Source: Bacteroidota bacterium
Lineage (GTDB): Bacteria; Bacteroidota; Bacteroidia; Cytophagales; Cyclobacteriaceae
Direction of reading: 5' to 3'
NCBI GenBank assembly: GCA_038043425.1
Contig: JBBTBZ010000013.1
Span: 6,197-70,196, forward strand
DNA length: 64,000 nucleotides
The notes beneath the pieces were generated by a model. That model saw only the letters and a program-made list of their open reading frames with translations. It was not told the origin of the DNA and did no database searches. The position numbers were made by a program, and so were the translations under genes. Every line of letters begins with the position of its first letter. The first letter of the stretch is position 1. Positions 38,552 through 50,200 of the stretch are shown piece by piece.

Positions 38552-39742
38552 ATGCAAGACTCTGAACCTGTAGCCACACGAACCCTCACTGAAGGAGAAT
38601 CATTACCCTGTCTCCTCACTCATCATCTGGGTAGTGGTCATTCTGTAAGCTTATGGAGACTGCCTGACGCAGATGAAAAAAATTTACTGGTAAACACAGA
38701 AGGTGTAAAGTTTCTGGACGAAGTCATTTTGGAAGAGTCAACTCCAGGCTTTGTATTCAGTCCGTTTGATAATAAAAAACCTAAATTGTTTCTAAAAGGT
38801 GATCTCATTTTCACGTTCAAGAATGGAGCGCTTTCGAAAGAAAGCAATTCCTATTTAGGTTCTGTAGATCCGCTATTTCAATTACCTGCCGACCAAAAAA
38901 AACCATCTTACTTCTTTCAGGATGACAAATCCTGTATGCCAACTGGAAAAAACGAGTATACGTTGCTGGTTGAAAAATGTCTTACAGGCATCTGTGACGG
39001 CCAATTCGAGAAGGTGGTTCCTTCCAGAAGGCAATCTTTTGCATTACCATCGGATTTTGATCTCCTCGCTACTTTTCATGCCCTCTGCGAAACCTATCCA
39101 CATGCCTTTATCTCATTGGTCTCAACTCCTGAAACCGGAACCTGGATTGGGGCAACTCCGGAACTTCTGGTAAGTATCGACCGGCATATGAAATTTAAAA
39201 CAGTTGCACTGGCTGGCACAAAAGTATTTCAACCTGGTGCTGATATGAAATCAATAGCCTGGACGCAAAAAGATATTGAAGAGCAAGCCCTGGTATCAAG
39301 GTATATCATTAATTGTTTTAAAAAGATACGCCTTAGAGAATATGATGAACATGGCCCCAGAACTTCTCTGGCTGGAAATCTTATCCATTTGGAAACTGAT
39401 TATGAAGTGGACATGATCGCAACCAATTTTCCGCAGTTGGGATCGGTCATGCTTAATCTGCTTCATCCAACTTCTGCCGTTTGCGGAATGCCCCTGGAAA
39501 ATGCCACGAAGTTCATAAAAGAGCATGAGGGTTACGATCGCGAATATTACAGCGGTTATCTTGGGCCAGTGAATCTTAAAAATGAGAGCCATATTTTCGT
39601 CAACCTTAGGTGCATGCAAGTGCAAAAGACAACAGCGTGGTGCTATGCTGGTGCAGGCATCACAACCGACTCCGAGCCCGAACAAGAATGGCAAGAAACA
39701 GAAATGAAAATGAATACACTTTTGCAGGTGCTAAACCGGTAG
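38552..39742 (+). CDS. menF: Isochorismate synthase
   Basis: Chorismate-binding C-terminal block (LHPTSAVCG, YSGYLGP, RCMQV, AGAGIT); sits in the men cluster. Confidence 0.8.
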   Translation: MQDSEPVATRTLTEGESLPCLLTHHLGSGHSVSLWRLPDADEKNLLVNTEGVKFLDEVILEESTPGFVFSPFDNKKPKLFLKGDLIFTFKNGALSKESNSYLGSVDPLFQLPADQKKPSYFFQDDKSCMPTGKNEYTLLVEKCLTGICDGQFEKVVPSRRQSFALPSDFDLLATFHALCETYPHAFISLVSTPETGTWIGATPELLVSIDRHMKFKTVALAGTKVFQPGADMKSIAWTQKDIEEQALVSRYIINCFKKIRLREYDEHGPRTSLAGNLIHLETDYEVDMIATNFPQLGSVMLNLLHPTSAVCGMPLENATKFIKEHEGYDREYYSGYLGPVNLKNESHIFVNLRCMQVQKTTAWCYAGAGITTDSEPEQEWQETEMKMNTLLQVLNR

Positions 39743-39748
39743 TAGCGT

Positions 39749-41479
39749 ATGAAGCACTGGCAGCCTATTTATGACATCGCACAGCTTTGTTCACGTAAAG
39801 GAATACACCACGCCATACTCTGCCCTGGCTCACGATCAGCACCACTCACACACGCATTTGCCCAACACCCAAAAATAATCACGAGAACATTTAGCGATGA
39901 GAGAAGCGCAGCATTTATCGCCCTTGGCATCGCCCAGCAAACAAACACACCTGTCGTATTAGTCTGTACGTCAGGAAGTGCGGCTTATAATTTTGCACCA
40001 GGTGTTGCAGAGGCATTCTTTCAATGCATACCCTTAATTGTTTTTACGGCTGATCGTCCATTGGAATGGATTGATCAGTTGGATGGACAAACCATCCGTC
40101 AGAAAAATATGTATGGTACACATGTGAAGAAATCATTTGACTTACCGCAAGACTATGAACGGGGAGATAGCCATTGGTACCTTAACAGGCTGGTGAACGA
40201 AGCCATCAATCTATCACAAGAATTTCCACGAGGACCCGTTCACATTAACGCACCCTTTGCGGAACCTTTGTACCCAACTAGCGAAGAGTCCATTCACTTC
40301 AGTGAGGAAGGAAGATCCATAGAACCATCCTATCCACGTCATTCGCTTTCGGCTAAATCGATTGACAGCCTTCAAAAAAAATTATCCTCTTTTACGAAAG
40401 TCCTGATCCTAGCCGGACAAGCGGACTATGATGATGGATTGTTAAAATCACTTGATAAGTTTTGTAAAAGTCAAACCTCACCCGCGGTTGCCGAGATCAT
40501 CTCAAATTTACATTCACTAAAATATGCCATCAAGCATGCAGACGTGTTACTGGGCCAGTCAGGCGAATCTATAAAAAAATCACTTCGTCCGGAACTGTTG
40601 ATTACCTTTGGTAAATCAGTCATCTCCAAACAAGTTAAACTATTTCTCCGTCAACATCCACCGCACGAACACTGGCACATCCAACCGGCCGGTTATGTTG
40701 CTGATACATTTCAAAAACTCACAAACACGATTGCAACTGAGCCTGCATCCTTCTTTGAAGAATTAAGCAAGTCAAAGAATGCCTCAAATTTTGAAATCCA
40801 AAAACGCGAAAATTATTACAGACTGTGGGAGGTTGAAGAACATCGTATTGAGCGGACGATGGCGACTTTCTTTTCAGTGCCCACGCTCAGTGAACTACAC
40901 TTTGTGCGGGAAGTTATTCGATGTCTTCCCTCACGCTGCAACCTTCACCTGGCCAATAGCATGTCGGTGCGGTATGCTAATATTATCGGCCTGGAGGCAA
41001 GCCAAAGAGGAATCCATGTTTTCTCAAACCGTGGAACAAGCGGAATTGATGGGTGCACCAGCACGGCCATTGGACATGCCCTGAGCAGTGACGTGCCCAA
41101 TATTTTAATCACTGGAGATGTCGCCTTTTTTTATGATCGGAATGCATTCTGGCATAACTATTCCTTATCTAATTTGCATGTGGTCATACTCAATAACCAT
41201 GGGGGAATTATTTTTAATATGATTGACGGGCCCGGAAATCTGCCAGAGGCGGGAGAATATTTTGTTACCGATCAAAGACTCACAGCAAAAAATCTTGCAG
41301 CCGAATTTGATTTTGATTATCTGAAACCGGATAACCTCCGAAAACTTAAAAACACAATACAGAATTTTTTCTTATTCGATGGTCGCACCAAAATCATGGA
41401 AATTGAAACAGAAAAAGGCTTGACCAAAAAAATATTTGACGACTTTAAAAATACTATTAAAAAGGAATATGAAGCTTAA
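39749..41479 (+). CDS. menD: SEPHCHC synthase (2-succinyl-5-enolpyruvyl-6-hydroxy-3-cyclohexene-1-carboxylate synthase)
   Basis: ThDP enzyme layout ([33 protein letters not shown]); 576 aa. Confidence 0.9.
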   Translation: MKHWQPIYDIAQLCSRKGIHHAILCPGSRSAPLTHAFAQHPKIITRTFSDERSAAFIALGIAQQTNTPVVLVCTSGSAAYNFAPGVAEAFFQCIPLIVFTADRPLEWIDQLDGQTIRQKNMYGTHVKKSFDLPQDYERGDSHWYLNRLVNEAINLSQEFPRGPVHINAPFAEPLYPTSEESIHFSEEGRSIEPSYPRHSLSAKSIDSLQKKLSSFTKVLILAGQADYDDGLLKSLDKFCKSQTSPAVAEIISNLHSLKYAIKHADVLLGQSGESIKKSLRPELLITFGKSVISKQVKLFLRQHPPHEHWHIQPAGYVADTFQKLTNTIATEPASFFEELSKSKNASNFEIQKRENYYRLWEVEEHRIERTMATFFSVPTLSELHFVREVIRCLPSRCNLHLANSMSVRYANIIGLEASQRGIHVFSNRGTSGIDGCTSTAIGHALSSDVPNILITGDVAFFYDRNAFWHNYSLSNLHVVILNNHGGIIFNMIDGPGNLPEAGEYFVTDQRLTAKNLAAEFDFDYLKPDNLRKLKNTIQNFFLFDGRTKIMEIETEKGLTKKIFDDFKNTIKKEYEA

Positions 41480-42293
41480 CTACGATTGGAATCCTGTTAA
41501 AGAATACCAGGAAATACTTTTTCATAAATACGATGGCATTGCGCGGATCAGCATCAACAGGCCACACGTGCACAACGCCTTCACACCGTTGACCGTGCAG
41601 GAAATGATTGATGCTATGAATATTTGCCGGGAAGATTCAGAGGTAGGTGTGATCATCTTAACAGGAGAAGGAGGCAAAGCATTTTGCAGCGGTGGCGATC
41701 AAAGCGTGCGTGGCCATGGTGGATACATCGGCTCAGATACAGTTCCAAGGTTGAATGTCTTAGATCTTCAAAAATTAATCCGGTCTATTTCAAAACCTGT
41801 CATTGCGGCTGTAGCTGGATGGGCCATTGGAGGAGGCCATGTGTTACATGTAGTTTGTGATTTAAGCCTTGCTGCTGAGAATGCACGCTTCGGACAAACA
41901 GGTCCCATGGTCGGCAGCTTTGATGGCGGCTTTGGCGCTTCATATTTAGCCAGAATTGTAGGTCAAAAAAAAGCACGGGAAATCTGGTATTTATGTGATC
42001 AATACGATGCGCAGGAAGCCCTGGATATGGGATTGGTAAATAAAGTGGTGCCTTTGGAAAAGCTGGAAGAAACGTATGTTCAATGGGCTAAGAAAATTTT
42101 AAAGAAAAGCCCTCTTGCTATACGTATGCTGAAATGCTCTTTCAATGCGGAACTGGATGGTCAGGCTGGAATTCAAGAACTGGCAGGCAACGCTACCTTG
42201 CTGTACTATTTAAGTGATGAGGCCAAAGAAGGTAAAAATGCCTTTCTTGAAAAAAGAGAACCTGATTTTTCAAAATTTCCAAAATTTCCATAG
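41469..42293 (+). CDS. menB: 1,4-dihydroxy-2-naphthoyl-CoA synthase
   Basis: Crotonase fold with [11 protein letters not shown] and [15 protein letters not shown] 41469 overlaps the menD stop. Confidence 0.95.
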   Translation: MKLNYDWNPVKEYQEILFHKYDGIARISINRPHVHNAFTPLTVQEMIDAMNICREDSEVGVIILTGEGGKAFCSGGDQSVRGHGGYIGSDTVPRLNVLDLQKLIRSISKPVIAAVAGWAIGGGHVLHVVCDLSLAAENARFGQTGPMVGSFDGGFGASYLARIVGQKKAREIWYLCDQYDAQEALDMGLVNKVVPLEKLEETYVQWAKKILKKSPLAIRMLKCSFNAELDGQAGIQELAGNATLLYYLSDEAKEGKNAFLEKREPDFSKFPKFP

Positions 42294-42344
42294 CCAGACT
42301 TTTATTAAATTGAAAAATGGGTATCTCAACAGGCCAATGATAAC

Positions 42345-43451
42345 ATGAGTTCGATCCAACCGTGGTTAAATTTGAATGGAGTAACGTACACTCTAGATCA
42401 ACTGAAATCCGGATCGTTTAAAACTAATCTCAGTGCCTTTGAACAAAGCACCTTACTTTTTTGCCACCGTTGGTTAAACACTGAACTGGAGTTTCAATTA
42501 CAAACTTCGGGTTCAACAGGTGCGCCTAAAATAATTACTATCACTCGCCAACAAATGGAGTACAGTGCCAGCCTCACGATTAATGCACTACATCTAAAAC
42601 CAGGCTACACAGCTCTTGTGTGCCTGGATCCAAAATACATTGCCGGACAAATGATGTTAGTGCGCAGCCTCCTCCTTGGAATGAATATGGTTGCCGTTGA
42701 TCCTGTTGCCAATCCCTTTGAGAAAATCAGTGCCACTACATCCCTGGACTTTGCAGCCTTCGTTCCTTATCAGGTGCAGGCTATTCTTAACTCCGCATTC
42801 AAATCCAGAATGGAAGGATTAAAATGTGTTATCATTGGTGGAGCACCACTTGACCAGGTTACAAAAAAATCAGTGCAATCTTTTGAAGGCGAATTTTACG
42901 CCACCTATGGAATGACGGAAACGATTTCGCACATCGCGCTTCAGCGATTAAATGGAGAACAGCGGCAAGATTTTTTTGAAGTGTTGGATGATATTAAAAT
43001 ATGTAATGATGAAAGAGGGTGCCTGGTCATCGAGGTGGGCTTTTTAAATCCTAAAAAAATAATTACAAACGATCTGGTCGAAATCATCAGCAAAAAGCAT
43101 TTCCGCTGGCTTGGCCGGTGGGACCATATTATTAATTCTGGTGGCGTAAAAGTTATGCCCGAAAAAGTGGAAGTATCCGTTCGGGAAATATTCAACTCAC
43201 TGACTTTATCCAATCGGTTTTTTATAGCCGGGTTGCCGGATGAAAAGCTAAGCCAAAAAGTGACGTTGGTAATTGAAGGTGTTCCGTTTAGCACGGAGCT
43301 CACATCAGAAATAGCGAGAAGGATTGAAGACACAACCCAACCTTTCGAGCGACCACGGGAAATGCGGTTTATCAATAACTTCAGACTAACAGAGAATGGA
43401 AAGGTAATGCGAGAGGAGACATTGAATCTAATCCCCGTCAAACCTCAATAA
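42345..43451 (+). CDS. menE: O-succinylbenzoate-CoA ligase (short Bacteroidota-type AMP-binding enzyme)
   Basis: TSGSTGAPK AMP-binding motif, YGMTET and a late GKV/K motif; men cluster context. Confidence 0.75.
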   Translation: MSSIQPWLNLNGVTYTLDQLKSGSFKTNLSAFEQSTLLFCHRWLNTELEFQLQTSGSTGAPKIITITRQQMEYSASLTINALHLKPGYTALVCLDPKYIAGQMMLVRSLLLGMNMVAVDPVANPFEKISATTSLDFAAFVPYQVQAILNSAFKSRMEGLKCVIIGGAPLDQVTKKSVQSFEGEFYATYGMTETISHIALQRLNGEQRQDFFEVLDDIKICNDERGCLVIEVGFLNPKKIITNDLVEIISKKHFRWLGRWDHIINSGGVKVMPEKVEVSVREIFNSLTLSNRFFIAGLPDEKLSQKVTLVIEGVPFSTELTSEIARRIEDTTQPFERPREMRFINNFRLTENGKVMREETLNLIPVKPQ

Positions 43452-43493
43452 ATTGAGACCTGACGAGTTTCGACTAACCGCTAAGCTAATTTT

Positions 43494-44279
43494 CTATTTC
43501 TTTGTTTTTAAATGCACGATCTCATTTTGAAGATCAAGTACCATACTGGCAAGTTGCTCAACCGATACTTCATTTTTGCTTTCTACATCAGGGAACTGCA
43601 CACTGATATAGGCCTTTGCTGACCATGCCTCCACCACATCTTCAGCATCAATTTGATAAGGTGCATAGTGTCTGTTGTCTGAGACCAGGAATAGTTTGCC
43701 TGTGTCTGCGATATAATTGAATGCTCTTTTATACACTATACCCTCGCGCTTTGTAACCAAAACATATGTTTTTCCATTTTTCAAATTGCGCAAATCATCC
43801 ATATATTCTCCGATCACGATTGTGCCGGGCATGAGCGGCAACATAGAATCACCGCTAATTTCAAACGCGCGATACGTTCCCTGGCCTAAAATAGGAAGCT
43901 TGAATTTTGGAAGTTCTTTTACATACTCTGAGTCCGCATAGCCATTCAAATAACCGGCAGCCGCTTTGAGTGGTACCAGTTCAATATTGTCTTTTTTAAA
44001 TTCATCCACCGTTATCACCAGCACATCTTTGCCTCTTAGGTATTTTTCAGGTTTTTCTGGTATGGCATCTGCTTTTGTGATATCGCTTCCAATGAGGGTG
44101 TCTACTGAAATGCCAGCGAACTCCGCCATCTTTTGCAGTAGATCCAGGCGAGGTTCGGCCCTGCCTTCTTCGTAAGCACCTACCAGCGATCTTTTAATAC
44201 CTAACTTTTGGGCAAACTGATCTTGCGTCAGATTCATTTGCTTCCGAATGAACCTTACATTCTCATTTAACTTGTGCAT
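43494..44279 (-). CDS. XRE-family HTH + S24 (LexA/CI-like) self-cleaving repressor
   Basis: N-terminal HTH (MNLTQDQFAQKLGIKRSLVGAYEEG), S24 Ser motif GDSMLP and downstream VYKR Lys. Confidence 0.8.
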   Translation of the reverse strand: MHKLNENVRFIRKQMNLTQDQFAQKLGIKRSLVGAYEEGRAEPRLDLLQKMAEFAGISVDTLIGSDITKADAIPEKPEKYLRGKDVLVITVDEFKKDNIELVPLKAAAGYLNGYADSEYVKELPKFKLPILGQGTYRAFEISGDSMLPLMPGTIVIGEYMDDLRNLKNGKTYVLVTKREGIVYKRAFNYIADTGKLFLVSDNRHYAPYQIDAEDVVEAWSAKAYISVQFPDVESKNEVSVEQLASMVLDLQNEIVHLKTKK

Positions 44280-44297
44280 AGCTAAAAGGATTAATCA

Positions 44298-44564
44298 TTA
44301 CTGTTTAAAAACTAAAATCTTTCCGGAATTCACTTCTCGATTTTTCAATGAAAACAGGTTTCGCTGGTAGTACCGATCTGAACGCTGCATGGCACCAATA
44401 TGCCTGCTAATTTTTTGAACTACTTCACGAAGTGAGGTCTTGGGCTCTGCCAAAAGATATCCGTAGCATTCCTGGGAAAAACCCTGCGTCACAAAGTTGA
44501 CTTGAAAACGGCCGGAATCCAGCCGTTTGCTCTTAAGCCTAAGCCTACATTCTAAATCCTCCAT
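44298..44564 (-). CDS. Small hypothetical protein upstream of the repressor
   Basis: 88 aa from ATG 44564 (95 aa from TTG 44585); 18 bp upstream of the repressor on the same strand. No recognisable motif. Confidence 0.3.
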   Translation of the reverse strand: MEDLECRLRLKSKRLDSGRFQVNFVTQGFSQECYGYLLAEPKTSLREVVQKISRHIGAMQRSDRYYQRNLFSLKNREVNSGKILVFKQ

Positions 44565-44597
44565 CTCACTAAATATTTTAGCCAATTAAAGCCATTA

Positions 44598-44635
44598 ATT
44601 TAGTAATTGCAATAATTATGACTAAATATTTTAGT
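44598..44635. promoter_or_regulatory. Inverted-repeat cluster (candidate operator)
   Basis: ATTTAGT (44598-44604) pairs with ACTAAAT (44621-44627). The palindrome ACTAAATATTTTAGT lies at 44621-44635, between the menC stop and the small ORF. Confidence 0.25.
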
Positions 44636-45721
44636 TTATTCGTTTATTACCCATTCCTGACGCGGATTGTGGATAAGTAAACCTTTATCCATCTTCAGAG
44701 GAGATTCGAAATTATCGTCATATAAGGTGCCTGTGCCCAAACCCTGAGGTTTATCAAGTGTATAATTAGCGGCAAATTGGGCGATTGCGTTTAGCCCTAC
44801 GTTGGACTCCAGTGCAGAAGTAAGCCACCACTCTATCTTTCGGGCCTCGGCAATCTCAATCCATTCAGCACAAGATTGCAGGCCTCCATGTAAAGTGGGT
44901 TTAAGTATAATGAAGGGTGGTATTATTCGATCAAGTAGCTCTTCTCTTTGCGACTTTTTAGAGATACCAATCAGTTCCTCATCCAATGCTACTTTAATGG
45001 GTGAAGTCCGGCAAAGCTCAGGCAGGAAATCTGATTTGGTCTTGATGGGTTGCTCTATAGAATGAATGTCAAACTTTGACAGCTCTTTGAGTTTATACAA
45101 CACGTCATCCGGCTTAAATGCCCCATTGGCATCCAACCGGATGACAATATTTAAACGAAAATACTTTCTTCGGATATATTGAAGGATATCACACTCTTTT
45201 TCAAAATCAAGACCTCCCACTTTCAATTTTATACATCGAAATCCATCCTGAATTTTAATCTCCACTTGTTGCAACATAAAATCAAGTCCTCCCATCCAGA
45301 TCAGTCCGTTGATGGGGATGGATTGACCTTTAATAAAATCATTTTTGAAAATGGTTCGATTGCCTCCATGGGATAAATCAAGCAAAGCAGTTTCAATTGA
45401 AAAAATGACAGACGGATAGTTTTCTAAGAAATCGAAGCTTTCGTTTATAAACGCAGAGACGAAGGTGAGATCACTATTGGGATTAAGTTGAAGTTGTCCC
45501 TCGTTTATTTTGTCTACCACTCTGCCAAGAACCTCTTCGGCATCAGTTTCAACACTTAACCCGGGTAATGGCCCACACTCTCCAATTCCAAAGGAATCGG
45601 GATTCTTTTCGTCCCAGATTCTAATGAACCATGAATGTTTTTCTTTCATGGTGCCGCGCGAAGTGCGGGCATCGAAGCGAAAGTGGAATGTTTTTTTAAA
45701 TGAGCTTGCCCGAAGCGCCAT
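44636..45721 (-). CDS. menC: o-Succinylbenzoate synthase (enolase superfamily)
   Basis: Enolase-superfamily metal-ligand layout (IKLKVGG, RLDANGAF, IEQP, LDEEL); near the other men genes. Confidence 0.7.
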   Translation of the reverse strand: MALRASSFKKTFHFRFDARTSRGTMKEKHSWFIRIWDEKNPDSFGIGECGPLPGLSVETDAEEVLGRVVDKINEGQLQLNPNSDLTFVSAFINESFDFLENYPSVIFSIETALLDLSHGGNRTIFKNDFIKGQSIPINGLIWMGGLDFMLQQVEIKIQDGFRCIKLKVGGLDFEKECDILQYIRRKYFRLNIVIRLDANGAFKPDDVLYKLKELSKFDIHSIEQPIKTKSDFLPELCRTSPIKVALDEELIGISKKSQREELLDRIIPPFIILKPTLHGGLQSCAEWIEIAEARKIEWWLTSALESNVGLNAIAQFAANYTLDKPQGLGTGTLYDDNFESPLKMDKGLLIHNPRQEWVINE

Positions 45722-45822
45722 GGTATATATCCAAAATTCAAAATTAAAAGTGGTAATTCAATCTTGAATATTGAATATTGAGCCTTGAATTTCAAATTTA
45801 TACCGGAAATTGATATTCTTTC

Positions 45823-47010
45823 ATGCAGCCTACAATTAACATCAAAGATTATTTTTATGAATTACCCTCTGACCGGATTGCCATACATCCTCTTCAGCAT
45901 AGGGACCAATCGAAATTATTACTTTATAAAGCAGGTGAAATACGCCACTCCAAATTTGCTTCGTTGGCTGATGAACTACCAAATAACTCCATCCTCTTTT
46001 TCAATGACACAAAAGTAATACCCGCCAGGTTATTCTTTCAAAAAAAAACCGGAGCACAGATCGAATTATTCTTACTGAATCCTACCGATCCATCTCCGCT
46101 GCTTCAGCTTGCTATGGAGGCAACTGGGAGGGCCTCATGGAAATGTGCTATCGGAAACTTAAAACGATGGCCAGTTGGAACTACTCTTACTAAAAAGGTA
46201 ACAAACATCGAATTGCAAGTGCGTCTTGAAAACCGACAAGAAAACATAGTCAAGTTTACGTGGACCCCAGAAAATATTTCGTTTGCAGAAATTGTTAATG
46301 CGTTCGGTGTTACACCTTTGCCCCCCTATCTCCATCGGGAAGCCAATGCAACAGATCGTGAACGTTACCAAACCGTCTATTCACAGTATGAAGGGGCTGT
46401 AGCAGCGCCCACAGCAGGTCTTCACTTTTCCGAAAAATTACTGACGCACATCAAACAAAAGGGAATTGGAATCGACTTTCTCACCTTACACGTAAGTGCG
46501 GGGACCTTTCAACCGGTTAAGGTGGATAATGCCACGGACCACGAGATGCATTCTGAGCAGATCATTGTCTCCAAAAAAAACCTTGACAATCTTTTAGCTA
46601 ATAAAACAACAATTGCTGTTGGCACTACTTCCGCACGAACACTTGAAAGTTTGTATTGGTACGGGGTGAAACTGATTCAAAACCCAAAAACTGATTTTAT
46701 CATCAGCCAGTTTGAACCATATGAGTTGGCAACCCACTATTCAAAGAAAGAAGCGTTGGAGGCGGTGGCTGGTAAAATGAAAAAAGAACATCTTGAATCC
46801 ATCACTGGCCATACCTCCATTTTTATTTTACCGGGCTATTCATTCAAAATGTGCGATGGGCTCATTACCAATTTCCACCAGCCAGGCTCTACACTTATGC
46901 TTCTTGTGGCCGCTTTTATTGATGCCGATTGGAAAAGAGTCTACCAGCAGGCGTTGAATAATGATTACAGATTTCTGAGCTATGGGGATAGCTCTTTTTT
47001 ACTACGATAA
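45823..47010 (+). CDS. queA: S-adenosylmethionine:tRNA ribosyltransferase-isomerase
   Basis: YELPSDRIA, TPLPPYL, YQTVY and GLHF motifs; ITNFHQPGSTLL-like C-terminal block. Confidence 0.95.
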   Translation: MQPTINIKDYFYELPSDRIAIHPLQHRDQSKLLLYKAGEIRHSKFASLADELPNNSILFFNDTKVIPARLFFQKKTGAQIELFLLNPTDPSPLLQLAMEATGRASWKCAIGNLKRWPVGTTLTKKVTNIELQVRLENRQENIVKFTWTPENISFAEIVNAFGVTPLPPYLHREANATDRERYQTVYSQYEGAVAAPTAGLHFSEKLLTHIKQKGIGIDFLTLHVSAGTFQPVKVDNATDHEMHSEQIIVSKKNLDNLLANKTTIAVGTTSARTLESLYWYGVKLIQNPKTDFIISQFEPYELATHYSKKEALEAVAGKMKKEHLESITGHTSIFILPGYSFKMCDGLITNFHQPGSTLMLLVAAFIDADWKRVYQQALNNDYRFLSYGDSSFLLR

Positions 47011-47293
47011 CTACTTTGTCTCATAAGTAAGTCAATCTATCCCAAGAGAACCTTAACAATCTAAAAAACATTGCTATTACATCCGTCTCATTGCCGCAAA
47101 ATTCTTTAAAATCAATGCCCATTTTCTGATTTGGCAATACACTTTACGCTCAATTTCTAAGCGCGATCTTACTTGAGATGAAGTAACCTTAACGTATGGA
47201 GTTCAATTAATTGTGCTGCAACGCAAAATGAAAAAGATTTCAATAGGAATTTTGCTCAAAACTTATGAATTTAGAGTTTAAGCTATCTCTTCT

Positions 47294-50200
47294 ATGAAAC
47301 AACGCATTTTAAAATTCCTGGACGTTGAGCCCGAAGAATCAGCTCCGGTGTTTCTCCTTCTTGCCATAAGCTTCATGTTGGGGATGTTCTTAGCCACTGT
47401 TACCGTTGCTTCCCAATCGCTTTTTCTTACACACTTTAGTGAAACGAAAGATTTGCCGGTGGCACTGGTGATTTCCGGAGTACTAGGTTTAGGAGCAACT
47501 GCTATTTATAATTTCCTGCAAGGCAGGATACCGTTCAGATTTCTAGCCTTGGGAAGTCTATCCATAGTCCTGGCGCTTACTGCCTTTATTGAATTCGGTG
47601 ATTCTTTTGTGGAGGATGTTAATTTCCTTTACTATTATGGTTTTACCCTGATTCTGCCTTTTACCTTCATTTGCCTCCTGGTTTTCTGGGGTGCCTTTGA
47701 GAGGATGTTCAACCTCCGTCAGTCGAAGCGAATAATTGGTAGTGTTGACCTAGGAACAATGGTGGCGCAAATCCTTGCGTTCTTTACCATACCTGTACTT
47801 TTGCAAATTGGTATACCGGTCACCACTCTTTATACCATTGGGCTCTTTAGTATAACAGGCTATTTTCTCTTGTTCTTTGTTTTATCTAACCGATTCTTAG
47901 GAGCTGCAGCGTCCGCTGCTTCTGAAAAGTTCCATCAAAAAATAACAGCTGTTCAATTATTCAATAATAAGTATATCATTTGGATGTCTTTATTTATTAT
48001 CGTTTCACTGGTTGCCTTGCGATTTATCGACTATTCCTTCTTCAACGTATCAACCCAGCGGTTTGACAACGAGCGTCTTCCTTACTTTTTGTCTTTGTTC
48101 GAGGCAACCATCGTGATTTTTAGCTTCCTTTTTACAACATTCGGTACGGACAGAATATTGCAAGACTATGGCTTGAGGGTCTCCCTTTTAATCACTCCGT
48201 TGTTGCTCATCCTCTTTACAGGGGGAGCATTTGCACTTGGTCTGGCCTTTGGTTTTGATGTAAGTAAGGAGGGGAATGTCATCTTCTTCTTTATTATGGT
48301 CGCGATGAGTAAATTATTCATCAACTCCTTACGTGATGCCCTGGATAGTCCGGTATTCAAATTCTACTACGTGCCCATTGATAAAACGATAAAGTTAGAT
48401 GCCCAAACCAAACTGGAAGGATTTGTTACCGCGCTGGGAAGTACCATTGCAGGAGGTTTAATTGTGTTGATTAATCAGTTCAAAATATTCGACCTCTTAT
48501 CAATTACCATGTTTACCATTCCTGTACTGGTGGTCTGGTATCTGGTGACGAATAAAATGTATAGCGGATACCGTAGTACACTACAGAATTCCTTAGTTAA
48601 AAATAAAACTACTGTAGATAAAGACCATGTGAGGGAATACACTATGGACAGCGTTTTGGAAAAGGAAGTGCGAAGCACAGCAGAAGAAAAAGTTATTTAT
48701 GGTCTTCGGCTTACCGAAAAGCTTGAACCCGCCTTATTCGAAAACTCCATCATTAGTCTGGTAGAAAGTAAACTAAAAAAGGTAAAGCAATTCGCTCAGG
48801 ATAAAATCCAACAGTTGGGCCTAACTCCAGAATCTGAAATACATGGTCTGGCAAAGCGTGCTGCCGGTGAACTCGAAGACAGTGATTTACTTTCTATTTC
48901 TCCCGAAAAGCTTATGAAGTTAAGTAAATCGGTAAAGCAAACAGACCGATTACTGGCCGCCAAACTTTTGCGAAAGCTGATCAGCCCAAAAACCATTTTT
49001 ATTCTTTTGGAAATGCTCAGGGATCCAGACCCTAAAGTAAGAAACGAAGCGCTGCTTACAGCCAGAAAAGTCAAACGCCCGGAAACCTGGAACGTTTTGG
49101 TTGAATTGCTTGCCTCTCCCTCCTATTCTTCACAAGCAGCCTCCGCCTTGAAAGAAGCTGGCCAGCCGGCACTTCTATATTTAGAAACCGCTTTTCATAA
49201 ATCAGGTCAAAGCGATCTCGTGATGCTCAAGATCGTATCGATCATTGGCCATATCGGAGGAAAAGAAGGAATGGAACTCTTGTGGAAAAAAGTAGATTAT
49301 CCGGACAAGCGCATCGTAAAACAAATTTTGTACTCCTTTCGCTATATTGATTATCACGCCAAGGGTAGAGAAGTATTAGCTGTAAAAGATTTGCTCGATG
49401 TTGAAATGAGCAAAACGCTTTGGAACCTGGCTGCTCTTGAAGAATTGCCAGCGTTACCTCATTTTGAGTTTCTAAGAGAAGCTTTGAAAGAGGAAATCCG
49501 CGATAATTATGATCACCTGGCGCTATTATTGTCCTTATTATATGACTCAGAGTCTGTTCAATTAGTGAAGGAAAATATTGAAACAGGAACTCCTGATTCT
49601 ATATCCTACGCACTGGAGCTATTGGATTTGTTTGTTGATCAGGATCTCAAACCAAAACTGATACCACTTCTCGATGATTCCAAACTTCTTGACAAACTGG
49701 AAAAACTTCAAACCTATTTTCCGCGGGAAAGCTATAACCCGGTTCAGGTAATAAACTACATCCTCAACAGAGACTTCAATTACAATAATCGCTGGACAAA
49801 GCTATGTGCTGTTCATGCTTCTGCTTACATTCCGGATTTCCGGGTGAGCCGCGGTCTTATCAGCCAAATGTTCAATCAGGACAAACTTCTGCAGGAAACA
49901 GCAGCATGGGTAATTTATAATAAAGATAAAACTATCTACCCCGTCATATCTGAAAGACTACCTCTAAAAGACAAAAAATTCTTAGACTCAGCAATTGAAA
50001 ATAACCAGCTGCTGGATGGCCTGGATGACGGCTTCTTCTTGGGGTTTGAAATGGTATTGTTTATCAAGCAATTGCCTGTCTTCAAGGGGATATCAGGAAA
50101 CTTAGTCAGCGATCTGGCTGATAAAATAATTCCGGTTACGCTTAACGCGAAAGACAAACTCGTTCTGAATGAAGTAGATGACAATCAGCCAATCTTAATT

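Noticed and set aside
40779-41860. Nested alternative-frame ORFs inside menD and menB (40779-41084, 41624-41860)
   Set aside because: They lie fully inside strongly supported genes in other frames and have biased, motif-free translations. The same reasoning applies to the many 60-130-aa overlapping ORFs in the track (for example 153-368, 5414-5707, 14103-14629, 27226-27537, 39296-39694, 42941-43441, 52893-53614, 54070-54474).
43494-44585. Prophage or integrative element suggested by a CI-like XRE-S24 repressor
   Set aside because: No integrase, excisionase, Cro-like divergent gene, structural genes or flanking direct repeats are present. The neighbours on both sides are menaquinone genes.
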